NCBI GenBank assembly: GCA_001600695.1
Contig: BCKQ01000005.1
Span: 155,689 to 219,688 of the forward strand
Direction of reading: 5' to 3'
Length of the DNA: 64,000 nt
Origin: Ascoidea asiatica JCM 7603
Lineage: Eukaryota > Fungi > Ascomycota
Positions 11,792 to 22,688 of the stretch are shown here, piece by piece. Each line of letters opens with the position of its first letter. Positions within the stretch are counted from its first letter, which is position 1. The notes under the pieces were generated by a model that was not told the DNA's origin, ran no database searches, and saw nothing but the letters and a program-made list of their open reading frames with translations. A program made the translations under genes and the position numbers.

Positions 11792-11981
11792 ATTCGGTTC
11801 AAAATTAGATTTAGTTTCTAAATGAATTCTTCAACATAAAACTTCAGTCATCCATTATATTAAAAGACCTCTACGTAGAGTTATTTGAGCAAAAAATATA
11901 TGTGAATACAGAAACACGCAGCAACCTTTTCAAAACTATGAAGTTTAAATAAATAATTTCTACAACTAAAATGAGAATTTT

Positions 11982-13240
11982 TCAGTCCTTTTCGGCAAAA
12001 TTTGCTTCAGAATTTACTTCAAGCTTGTCATTCAATGGCTTTAGATTATCTGAGCTTAGATTGGTTAATTTTAAATTACTTGATTTTATAGTATTTGACT
12101 TGGATCCAAACTTTTCTCCAAATACTAGACTTCTTGCGTTCTGATAATTAGTCTTGAAATTATTTTGACATTTCTCAAATGTGTCACTCATCATAAGTGG
12201 CTCATTCGCAAGAGTATGATATTTCTCCATATCAGATGCCCATAAAGCAGCAGCTACTACATCAGTAAAAGTAAAGAACATTCCTATTACTGGTAAAGTT
12301 TCCAATGATAAAGCGACAAACCCCATACTGGAATATTCATTAGATCTAGATCTATAATAAGCTTTGACCTGTCTTTCATTCATATTTTTCATTTCAAAAT
12401 AATGACCATGTAGAGCTCTACCTTTAGAAGATGATCTCAAGATAACTATTATCCAGGAGCCGAAAAAAGGAACAAAGCTTAAAATAAACAATAATGAAAT
12501 TTTTACGATTGCATAGGGAATACTAGCTAAAGTTGATAACTGAAAACTTGCTTTAAAAAACTCATGAATTGTCTCAGAAAAAGTTCTTTCAACTTTTTTT
12601 TTTTCTATTATTAAAGTTCCAACTGCCGCAAAATCATTAAGGCCTTGCTTTAAAAGTACTTCGTCGAAAATTTTATTTAATGGATCCTTAAGAATTGTTC
12701 TTTCCAATACAAATCTTGAAATAAGTCCAGCTTGTTGAACCATTAATAAAAAGGAAGAAACTATTCCTGAAGCGCCTTGAAGATAAAGAGAGACTATAGC
12801 TTGAGGAGGATAAAAAAATATCAAACAAAATAAAAAAATTGAAAGAGAAATTAAAATTTGTTGTGGCAATACAGCTAACCAATATTTCCATAGATCCCTG
12901 TTTTGCATCCAGTAACTAATTCCCTATGTTGATTAAAAAGATTTGCAATTATAATTAGCAAAAGATTATTTGTTAGTATAATCAGCGGTTAAATCATGAG
13001 TAAAATTTATATTGGAGACAAATGAGAAAAATAAGGTAATAATACAAGTAATGGATAAATATAGGTTCCAGAATTTGCTAAATTCACTGGCGTTTCAAAA
13101 ACAGCATTTAAACTAAGACTTGTCAAAACTGAATTGGCAATTCTTTGAATATACGATAGCAAGGGAGTTGAAACATCAATAAATGGATCCAAAGAAGCAT
13201 TGAAGAAATTGAAAGTATATTTGAAGTTTGATTTTGACAT
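11982..13240 (-). CDS. RRT8: Rrt8/Lds (EI24-like) multi-pass membrane protein, spore-wall family; exons 13240-13046 and 12923-11982
   Basis: Splicing joins two track ORFs to give ...GTYIYPLL/GISYW...; donor GTATTA, branch TACTAAC (12978-12972), acceptor TAG; H..YFEMK and FTDVVAAALWA motifs; convergent with GSH2 as in S. cerevisiae. Confidence 0.8.
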
Positions 13241-13831
13241 TTTATCAGAATTAAAATTTATTATTAACCTTTATTAACGAATAAAACGAATTAGAGAATC
13301 AGAATAGTTGATTAAAATAAAATGTTTAAGAAGCAAAAGAAAACATAACAGTTTTCAAAAAAAATAATTCAACTAAAAAGTTTCGTTGAAATTTTTTGAA
13401 ATGCGATTATGTCTGTAGGAGGATTTCTTTCTATAGGAAAAAAGAACTCATCTTAATGTTTGAATGTTATTAGAAGATAGACCTGATAACCTCGGGAAAG
13501 TTTGTGTTTGTGATTCAATACCACTGTAGGTGCACTTTTTTTCCCACCATGTCCCATGGCCACATTTTTTATGGATGGTGGAGAGAAGAGAGCTAATCCA
13601 GTAACAGCCTGTCTTCTAATAATCTCATTATTAGTTTTGTACCGTACGACATTAATTATGTTACCGTACTGTAGTTTTGGTCCTGAGTTTGATCGGTCTT
13701 ACAGTAGGGTAGCAGTCTTATGTTATCAAAAGAGTACATACAGTATATGTTAATGCAAATCGAATCTTCCCACTGATACAAACTTCTTCTTATTCTATAA
13801 CAACGGTGCAACTTTCACAAAACAATAGGAA

Positions 13832-14249
13832 ATGTCTTCAGAAACACCAAAGCATAATTCAAAACTTCCAATATGGTCTTTAACTCCTAGGGAAGAAAAA
13901 GAGTGTGATAAAAGATGGAAGGAAAGAAGTCAAGCAAAATGTAAGCCTGAAGTTAAGGGTATGTAGTGTTTTTTTGTTTCCAAAACAAAATTGATTCTCT
14001 TCTTGTTTTTTAGATGGCTTTTTGATACTAATCTATTTTTTTCAATAATTTTATTTTCGTTGCATCACTTTAGAATTGATGAAATGTCTAGATGAAAAGG
14101 GAATGTTTGGTGCTATTTCTTGCCGTTATTACCAAAATAAAATCAAAGAATGTATTTATGCCTATAGAACATGGGAGTTTTACGATTCAGTTCGAGATGA
14201 AATAATCAAAGAAAAAATTGAGAAATTGAAGAATGAGAAAAACAAATAA
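13832..14249 (+). CDS. CMC1: Twin CX9C mitochondrial IMS protein Cmc1 (COX assembly); exons 13832-13958 and 14074-14249
   Basis: MSSETPKHNSKLPIWSLTPREEKE...C-KPEVKELMK-C...C-RYYQNKIKE-C...RDEIIKEKI; donor GTATGT 13959, branch TACTAAT 14026, acceptor TAG 14073; absent from the ORF track. Confidence 0.92.
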
Positions 14250-14612
14250 AAGTTTTAAGTAGGACAGACCTCCTTGAAAAGTGTATTACGTCAAAAAAGT
14301 TTGTTTTTCAGCTTGTAAATAGGTAACTTTATAATACACAATTTTTGAAATTGAAAATTTACAAAATCTTAAATAGCTTATTTTTATATTAATTTTATTA
14401 TAGTGTTTTTGCTATTTTGTTTGTGCAAATTCAATAATTTCAATCATCATTCCATCAAATTTACAGTTGTGTGTCAAACAAACTATCCTTATTTGAGTGC
14501 CAATGCTTTTCATATGCTTATCCTAATGTTACAGTAATTAATCTTAAGACAGAAAATGCGCGCTAAAGTCGGAGTTTTTCATGCTCGCAAATAAAATATC
14601 TTCATTTTGAAA

Positions 14613-14695
14613 ACGCGTGAGAAACAGTGATAATTGAAAACGTAGTGATGAATTTGTTTTTGTTGACACCAACAAAATGTTTCCAAAACACGAAA
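14613..14695. promoter_or_regulatory. MCB (ACGCGT 14613-14618) and SCB (CACGAAA 14689-14695) G1/S elements upstream of SMC5
   Basis: Exact consensus matches in an AT-rich promoter of a chromosome-maintenance gene. Confidence 0.6.
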
Positions 14696-14853
14696 AATAT
14701 TTTTAATAATTTATATTGAAAAATATAAAATATGAAATAATAACGGGTTCGTGTGTAATCCAGGATCAAAATAATAAAACAAATAGCTCTTAGAAGTTTT
14801 ATTATTATTTAACTATAATTCAGTCTTTTTTTTTTGTACTGGTCTTAATTTAG

Positions 14854-17800
14854 ATGAATAAAAGGGAAAGGGAAACTGTTGTTGATATTGGATCGTTTAT
14901 TCTCCCAAATGATAGCCAGGATCCAACTATCTCATTTAAAAAACATAAAACTTCAACTTCTCAATCAAACGTTAATTCAAAATTTATAAAGAGCTTTAGA
15001 CCTGGTAATATTATTAAAATTAAACTCAAAAATTTTATAACTTATTCCAAAACTGAATTTATTTTATCACCATCATTGAATTTAATTATTGGTCCTAACG
15101 GAACTGGAAAATCAACTTTTGTTTGTGCAATATGTCTTGGTCTTGGTGGTAGGCCCGATCTTTTAGGAAGACAAAAGAAAATATCTGAGTTTATCAAGAT
15201 CGGAAATAAATCTTCTACTATTGAAATCATTCTCAAAAATTTTGATGAAGGACTTCTTTCAATAAAAAGAATAATTCATTCCAATGAAAAATCCGAATGG
15301 TATTTTAATAATACTAAATCTGATTTTCAAAAGATAAAGAATGCTTTGATCTCTCTTGATATTCAATTGGATAATTTATGTTGTTTTTTACCTCAAGATA
15401 AGGTTGTTGAATTTGCAAAATTAAAACCAGAAGAGTTATTACTTCAAACTGAAAGGGTTATCGATCATGGTAAATTGGAGGTAATTCACAAAAATTTGAT
15501 AGACTTAGATCAGCAAAAGAGTCAATTGTTTGAAACGTTGAGTCACAATGAAGAAATATTAAATAAACTTAATATCGAAAAACAAACGTATCAGGAAGAG
15601 GCTGAAAAGTTCCAGAACTATAAAATCAAAAAGATTGAATTGACTAATCATAGAAAGCTTTTGGTATATGCTAGAATTCAAGATCTTATCAGAAAGGCTT
15701 CAAGTTTAAAAGAAAGAAGAAACTCAATTCAAAAAGAATACGAAGATTTTTGCACCAATCAAGAACCGTTCAATAATGCAAGTCAACAATATGAAGAAAA
15801 TTTGAATATTTCAAATAATAAAATTCATGATTTAAACGTAGAAATAGAAAATTATCTTAAAGAGGCAAAAATTAAGAAAAATGATGTTCAGAAAATATCC
15901 AATAAAATAGTTCATATAATAGAGAAGATTGATAGATTGAAGTCCAATGGTGAAAGGAAAAAACAAGAACTAGGAAAACTTATTTCTTCTTTAAATTCAA
16001 ATTTAAAAGAAATGGAGAATATTGTAACTCAGGATGAAGAAGAGATCAAAGCTATGAAAGAACAAAAGGATAATTTCTATCAGAATTCCTCTGATTTGAA
16101 AAATGAATTGCTTGATTTAGATGAGAAAAATAAAATGGACATTAAAAAAACCGAACGCTTGAAATACAATATTTCTGTTTTAAATAAACGATTAACTTCA
16201 AAAGATAGAATTGGAATTTTGGATTCTAACAATTCTCAATCCTTTAAACACTGCAAGAATGCAGTTCTTTACTACAGATCAAAAATTGATGAATTTCATG
16301 GTTTCGTTTTCGAACCCCCAATTTTATCAGTAAAGGTTAGTGATAAACGGTATTGCACTTACTTACAAGAAATTATAGATAACTATACACAAGTTGCTAT
16401 GACTGTTGTTGATAAAGATGCTTACAATAAAATTTCTCCTTTGTTTTTTCAAGAAAAAATAAATGTTCCCTTCAGGTATCTTGGTAACCAGGTAATTGGT
16501 CCGGCATATAGTAAGGAACAATTAAAAAAATATGGCTTTGACGGTTATATGGTGGATTTTGTAGATGGACCTAAAGAAGTAATTCAAATGTTATGCGAAC
16601 AATCTTTCATACATGATATTCCGGTTAGTCTAAGGGCGTTATCCAACGAGCAAGTAGAATTACTAAGGCAAAAAAATTCAATAGGTAAAATACGTTTTCG
16701 AAAATTTATCGCAGGAGATTTAATGTATTCATTTAAAGTTTCTAAGTACGGATCTAATCAAGTTATGTATACTACTACTAGAATTTACAATGGTAAGGCT
16801 AACTATTTTGATGACAGTGGAATAACTGAAGAGCAACGAGGACAGATTAACGAATCTATCAGAGTAGAAAATCACAGACTTCAAGAATTGCAAGCGCTGA
16901 TCAATAACTCATCTGAGATTTTACGCTCTAAAGGGGATGATTATGAGCAAGCGAAAAAGCAATACAATGATTTGAAAGCAAAGATTGCTGAATTTATTAG
17001 AGGTATTAAAAGAAAAGAATATCTTAATGAAACTGTTATTAGGCAGAGAGAAAAAATAAAAGTTTTGGAAATAGAAGCTAATAAGGATGTTTCTGTTTCG
17101 ATTGAAAAATTTGAGAGCTACCTTTCCCACTTCCGAAAAAAAAGATTAGACACTTTAAACCTGTATTCTGCAATATTGTTCAAAATCAAAGATATCAACT
17201 TTTCAAAAATAAAAATTCAACTAGAAATTGCAGAGGAATCAAACAAAAAGATTTCGGTAGAAAAGTTGGTTGAAAGTTTTCATGAGACCACCCAAGTATT
17301 AATAGACAAACTAACCACTGCAAAAAAAGAATATATCAACTCAAAGAATCTAATCAAAGAAGAGAAAAGGGATGCTGAAAATTATTCAAAAGAAGAAAAA
17401 GAAGTTTTAAGCGATCTTGCAGCCAAATATCAAGATAGCGGTCAATTAAGTGAGGATGGAATTGAAGAGATCATAAAAAGAATTGAGGGCCAAATTTCTA
17501 TGTTAGGCGATGCATCTTCTTCTTCTATTGAGAAGCTAGAAAAAATTGAGAGTGATATCAAATATTTAGCTGTTGAAGTTCCAAAAATGCAGGAAAAGTT
17601 TACAGATCTCGAGAACAGAATTAAGGGGTTGCGTGAAGGCTGGGAGAGTAAATTAGATTCCTTTATTAACCAGATATCAAGAAAATTTGCAAAAAATTTT
17701 AGAAGTGTTGGAAGTGCAGGGGAAATTAGAGTAAACAAACAAACACATTTTAAAGATTGGAGATTAGAAGTTTTGGTGAAATTCAGAGATATTTCTGAGC

Positions 17801-18162
17801 TCAAGGTATTAGATGCTCACGTTCAATCAGGAGGAGAAAGAGCCGTTTCAACAGTATTTTTCATGATTAGTTTGCAAGGATTTTCAACTTCTCCATTTAG
17901 AGTCGTTGATGAAATTAATCAGGGTATGGATCCTAAAAATGAAAGAATTGTTCACAAACATATGGTTCAGACGGCTAGCAATGCGTTTGATGAAGATAGT
18001 GAAGAAGAAAATGGTGAATATGGCTCCCATAATGTCAAAATTCCAATTAGTACTGAAAACAATAATGTTTCTCAATATTTCTTAATTACCCCTAAATTAT
18101 TAACGAATCTTTATTATCATAAAGATATGACAATTCATTGTATAATGGCAAATCATTTATAA
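14854..18162 (+). CDS. SMC5: Structural maintenance of chromosomes protein 5
   Basis: Walker A GPNGTGKS, LDNLCCFLPQDKV, QSGGERAVST, FRVVDEINQGMD, SQYFLITPKLL. Confidence 0.97.
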   Translation: MNKRERETVVDIGSFILPNDSQDPTISFKKHKTSTSQSNVNSKFIKSFRPGNIIKIKLKNFITYSKTEFILSPSLNLIIGPNGTGKSTFVCAICLGLGGRPDLLGRQKKISEFIKIGNKSSTIEIILKNFDEGLLSIKRIIHSNEKSEWYFNNTKSDFQKIKNALISLDIQLDNLCCFLPQDKVVEFAKLKPEELLLQTERVIDHGKLEVIHKNLIDLDQQKSQLFETLSHNEEILNKLNIEKQTYQEEAEKFQNYKIKKIELTNHRKLLVYARIQDLIRKASSLKERRNSIQKEYEDFCTNQEPFNNASQQYEENLNISNNKIHDLNVEIENYLKEAKIKKNDVQKISNKIVHIIEKIDRLKSNGERKKQELGKLISSLNSNLKEMENIVTQDEEEIKAMKEQKDNFYQNSSDLKNELLDLDEKNKMDIKKTERLKYNISVLNKRLTSKDRIGILDSNNSQSFKHCKNAVLYYRSKIDEFHGFVFEPPILSVKVSDKRYCTYLQEIIDNYTQVAMTVVDKDAYNKISPLFFQEKINVPFRYLGNQVIGPAYSKEQLKKYGFDGYMVDFVDGPKEVIQMLCEQSFIHDIPVSLRALSNEQVELLRQKNSIGKIRFRKFIAGDLMYSFKVSKYGSNQVMYTTTRIYNGKANYFDDSGITEEQRGQINESIRVENHRLQELQALINNSSEILRSKGDDYEQAKKQYNDLKAKIAEFIRGIKRKEYLNETVIRQREKIKVLEIEANKDVSVSIEKFESYLSHFRKKRLDTLNLYSAILFKIKDINFSKIKIQLEIAEESNKKISVEKLVESFHETTQVLIDKLTTAKKEYINSKNLIKEEKRDAENYSKEEKEVLSDLAAKYQDSGQLSEDGIEEIIKRIEGQISMLGDASSSSIEKLEKIESDIKYLAVEVPKMQEKFTDLENRIKGLREGWESKLDSFINQISRKFAKNFRSVGSAGEIRVNKQTHFKDWRLEVLVKFRDISELKVLDAHVQSGGERAVSTVFFMISLQGFSTSPFRVVDEINQGMDPKNERIVHKHMVQTASNAFDEDSEEENGEYGSHNVKIPISTENNNVSQYFLITPKLLTNLYYHKDMTIHCIMANHL

Positions 18163-18532
18163 CTGTACCTTATTTAAATTTTTTTTTATCATTTATCATT
18201 CAATATTTCTATTATATTAAGTTATCTACCATATTTGAAAGTTTAGGCAAAATATTGAGCGCTAGGGTTTTAAACCTTCCACTATTTAGAGCCCTATTCA
18301 AGGGCTTCGAAATGCTTCATTCTGTAAAATAAATCTTTCGGTGCACTCGCTTGTGCAAAGTTTTACATTTTTATTTTAGTGAGTTTACTGAACTATAAAA
18401 ATATCAAATCAAAAACCTGTAAAGTTACAATATTTCTTTTTTTTTTGTTTGTAAATAACTAAGGTTTTTTGAAATAATTTATAGCTTTATACAACTGTCT
18501 GATTTCTTGAATAAATCTTCATAGTTTTCAGA

Positions 18533-19651
18533 ATGGCAACAAATGTAATTCATTGCAGTGGTTCTGATTGTGGAAAAGAGACTACTTCGCTTTTGAAATG
18601 TCCTATTTGTTTAAAACAAAATCTTACTACCACATTTTGTAGTCAGGATTGCTTTAAAAGAAACTGGTCAAAACATAAGACAATTCATATTAAGCCAGGG
18701 GTTGATTATTATAATCCATTTCCTTCTCATTCCTTTACAGGGGATTTAAGACCTCAATATCCATTATCACCAAGAAGAGAAGTGCCTGAGAATATAAAAA
18801 AACCTGATTATGCACAAACTGGCATTCCAATCTCTGAGCAAAAAGAAGACAGAAGCTCTAAAATGCATATTTTATCTGAAAGTGAAATAAAAAGATTCAG
18901 AGTTGTCAATAAATTAGCTAGAGAAGTTTTAGATATAGCTGCTGCTGCGATTGTTCCTGGTATCACTACTGATCAAATAGATGAGATTGTTCATAGAGAA
19001 ACTTTGAAAAGAAAAGCATACCCTTCACCATTGAATTACTATAACTTCCCGAAATCTGTCTGTACATCAGTGAATGAAGTCATTTGTCACGGTATTCCTG
19101 ATAAAAGACCACTTAAAGATGGTGATATTGTTAATTTAGATGTTACAATTTTTAAAGATGGATTTAATTCTGATTTGAATGAAACTTATTACGTTGGTGA
19201 TAAAGCTAAATCGAATAAACAAATTATAAATTTGATCGAAACTACAAGAGAGTGTCTTGATTTAGCTATAAAAGAAATAAAGCCTGGATATCCTATCAGA
19301 AATATAGGAAATGTTATTGAACCTTATGTTAAAAAGCATGGTTTACAAGTTGTAAGAACTTATTGTGGTCATGGTGTTGGAACTCTTTTTCACTGTAAGC
19401 CTGATATTCTTCATTATGCAAAAAATAAAAGCTCGGGAATTTGCAAACCAGGTATGACATTCACCATAGAACCTATGGTTAATCAAGGGTCTTATGTTGA
19501 TGAAAGATGGCCGGATGACTGGACTGCAGTAACAGAAGATGGGATGCTAAGTGCTCAGTTTGAACATACTTTGTTAGTAACTGAAACTGGAGTTGAAGTA
19601 TTAACAGCAAGATTTAAGCATTCTCCTGGTGGTCCAATTCAAAGGGTATGA
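18533..19651 (+). CDS. MAP1: Methionine aminopeptidase 1
   Basis: N-terminal zinc finger, SVNEVICHGIPD, FTIEPM, SAQFEHTLL. Confidence 0.98.
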   Translation: MATNVIHCSGSDCGKETTSLLKCPICLKQNLTTTFCSQDCFKRNWSKHKTIHIKPGVDYYNPFPSHSFTGDLRPQYPLSPRREVPENIKKPDYAQTGIPISEQKEDRSSKMHILSESEIKRFRVVNKLAREVLDIAAAAIVPGITTDQIDEIVHRETLKRKAYPSPLNYYNFPKSVCTSVNEVICHGIPDKRPLKDGDIVNLDVTIFKDGFNSDLNETYYVGDKAKSNKQIINLIETTRECLDLAIKEIKPGYPIRNIGNVIEPYVKKHGLQVVRTYCGHGVGTLFHCKPDILHYAKNKSSGICKPGMTFTIEPMVNQGSYVDERWPDDWTAVTEDGMLSAQFEHTLLVTETGVEVLTARFKHSPGGPIQRV

Positions 19652-20520
19652 GAGAGCTCTTAAATATAAATGGCTTATTTTATTTATTTAATAAATTTCA
19701 ATAAAATGATTTAAGGAAAGTTTTTTCGTAGACTTCGATTTGCATTTTTTTTAAGAAAAATTTGCAAACTAAATGAATAAATATTTCAAAGTAATATTTG
19801 AAAAATATAACTGACATTTAACCATAGATTAGCAGAGAAATATTCAAATTTTCATAAAAAGTAAAAAATACAATGGATAAAATGATATCCACCGTCGGTT
19901 TCTAACTAGCTAACTTTTTTTGATAAAGGTATCAAAAATCTTAAAAAAATAGTAGTTCAAATTATTTTCGAACAAAAATAATTAGATTCACCTGTCTTAA
20001 TTCACCATAGAAAATTGAAAAAAAAAATTCAAATTCATCATGAAATCTTTGAACTATAATATTATATAATACTATTAATTAGTAACTTCAATATACACAT
20101 ACAAATATACACTATCTAAAATATAAGTTAATATATAAAATTAAACTTTGTATCTAAATAGTAAATAGTTCCATAATAATAATGATAATATTAAATATAT
20201 TTTTACACAGACTAAACATATTATTTATCTCTTTAAATAAAAATATAGTAATAAAAATATAGTAATACTAATACCATTAAGTGGTAAACTAGCTAATATT
20301 AAAACTAATATATTATTTTTTATTTACTTTTTTTGAGTTTAATATAAATCAATTAACAACAAATATTTGTTTTTTACTGGGCTAAAAATCATTAATGACA
20401 ATGTAAAGTATATTATAATTATTTTGTTTAGATATTAGAAAAAAACAAATATAAGATCATAATAAAATCTAAAAAAAATTAGGAAGATGAAGCAAAGAAA
20501 TGAAAATGAGAAACAAAAAT

Positions 20521-20727
20521 TCAACTGTGAACAGTATCCCTGAACACATCATAGAAATGAGGAGTTGGATCAAATAACTCACATTTTATACACTTTGTAT
20601 GAGCACAGGTTGGACAAATAGCATACACAGGATCTAATAAATTTTTGCAATGACAACATTCCCATTTCAACCTCACATGTATACTCGCATTGTAACTGAT
20701 TAAAGAAGCTTGAATAAAATCTGACAT
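20521..20727 (-). CDS. Small Cys/His-rich putative zinc-ribbon protein (68 aa)
   Basis: WECCHC-x10-CPTCAHTKCIKC pattern; ACAATG start context; GC-richer island inside a 2-kb very AT-rich spacer. Confidence 0.65.
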   Translation of the reverse strand: MSDFIQASLISYNASIHVRLKWECCHCKNLLDPVYAICPTCAHTKCIKCELFDPTPHFYDVFRDTVHS

Positions 20728-21633
20728 TGTTAGATTGGTATTGATATATTCTTTTCTTTTTATTTGGATTATACCTCTTTTTTTTAAAGGCTATATTGGG
20801 ATTTAGATTTGATTGGTGTAATGATTAGTGATTAAAAGCTTATGTTGAGGGTTTGAATTAAACAACTAAAAGATTACCAGAGTTAAACAAAAAAAAGAGC
20901 TGATACTATAGAAACTTTGGTAAGAAAACAAACCTTGAATATTTTAAGATCTAGAAATTCTTAAAGCCATGAAAATCCTCCAATTTCGTTAGCTAGAACT
21001 CTTATACATCAAAGAGTGCTATTTAATCTATCTTTGTATTATTAAACTTTATTCAAGTAATAACCCATTTTTGATAATCATCTTAATCTGTTGAAGCAAA
21101 ATCATTTTTAGCTAAAGGCTTTTGTTGTTTGAGGGTTGACTTCACCAACTATATTTTGGATCGTTTTTATTCTCAGCGCTACGGGAGTTCGCATGAAATT
21201 TGAACTCTCAAATCATCATCATAAATATTTCATAGTTGGTCTAGGGAAGAACTTCAAAGAACAGGTTTATTATTAAAGTCATCATAATCCCTGTATATAT
21301 CAGGATGTACTCAATATTAAAAGGAAATCATTTTCCCGACAGTTAACACTATTTTTAAGCTTATGTAATCAAATAGCAATTTGGATGTGGCAAGTGTATT
21401 TAGAAAATCTGTGTAGTTGAATTCTCCAGCCATCTTGGATCTTTCTGAAATTTTTATTTATTTGAATTTCAAAATAAATTTTTTTTTTTTCCATAAGTAG
21501 AAAAGTAAATTTTCTTAAATCTTCATTAACTAGGAAAAATTAAAATTTTCTATACTTATTCTTTTTGATCACCCAATATTGATTTTAACTTGCTTTTTTT
21601 TACATTTTATTCTTTAAAATTAACAGTTGCATT

Positions 21634-22593
21634 ATGATAAGAACTGCTAAGGCTCAACCAAAAAATGCTCGTTCAAAGAGAGCTTTGAAAAATAAAGATC
21701 CAAAATTAATTGAAAATGTTAAACAAGCTTTATTTGTTCCTGGTCAAACCTCAAATAAAATTCTTCATGATGCTATGGTAGATATAAGTGCCTTTAAAAA
21801 ACCGTATATAAATAGATTTACAAAAAAAAATGATATCAAGCCGTTTGAGGATGCTTCAAAATTAGAATTTTTTGCTGAAAAAAATGATGCTTCATTAATT
21901 GTGTTTTCTAGTAATAACAAAAAAAGACCTAATAATTTAACTTTTGTAAGAACTTTTGGTTATAAAATATATGATATGATTGAATTAAGAATAAAGGATA
22001 ATTTCAAGCTTTTGATGGATTTTAAAAGTAAAACTTTTCAAGTGGGGTTGAAACCTTTATTTGTTTTTAATGGCCCTATATTTGATGTTCACCCAGTTTA
22101 TATTCATTTAAAGTCATTATTTTTAGATTTTTTTAGAGGAGAAACAACTGATTTGCAAGATGTTGCTGGTATTCAATTTGTCATTTCTTTATCTGCTCTT
22201 GATCAAGATGACTCTTCTTCAATTATGCCTGATATTTTTTTCAGAGTTTATAAACTCAAATCTTATAAATCAACGCAAAAATTGCCAAGAATAGAATTAC
22301 AGGAAATTGGTCCAAGGTTTGATTTTGTTGTTGGAAGACATGAAGAACCATCATCGGAATTACAAAAAGAAGCAACGAAAAAACCTAAACAGTTAGAACC
22401 AAAAGTAAAGAAAAACGTGGAAACCGATATCATTGGTGATAAAATAGGTACTATTCATGTAGGAAAACAAGATTTAAATACTCTTCAATCGAGAAAAATG
22501 AAAGGGCTCAAGAAAAGATATGATCAAGTTGATAGTTCTTCTGAAGTCGACCAATTAGTTGATGAACCTTCTACAAAAAAATTGAAAATTTGA
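21634..22593 (+). CDS. RPF2: Brix-domain ribosome biogenesis protein Rpf2
   Basis: KKNDIKPFED, KKRPNNLTFVR, LPRIELQEIGPRFDF, QSRKMKGLK. Confidence 0.96.
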   Translation: MIRTAKAQPKNARSKRALKNKDPKLIENVKQALFVPGQTSNKILHDAMVDISAFKKPYINRFTKKNDIKPFEDASKLEFFAEKNDASLIVFSSNNKKRPNNLTFVRTFGYKIYDMIELRIKDNFKLLMDFKSKTFQVGLKPLFVFNGPIFDVHPVYIHLKSLFLDFFRGETTDLQDVAGIQFVISLSALDQDDSSSIMPDIFFRVYKLKSYKSTQKLPRIELQEIGPRFDFVVGRHEEPSSELQKEATKKPKQLEPKVKKNVETDIIGDKIGTIHVGKQDLNTLQSRKMKGLKKRYDQVDSSSEVDQLVDEPSTKKLKI

Positions 22594-22688
22594 GCATTTT
22601 TTATAATATAATAAATTTCTAACTATGTTTTTTTCTAAAACAAAAAAAATTAAAATATTTCAACTTCTCATACTAGATGATATTTCAG

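Noticed and set aside
13420-13438. AGGATTTCTTTCTATAGGA resembles U3 snoRNA box A
   Set aside because: No convincing boxes C', B, C and D downstream; explained as one arm of a local hairpin
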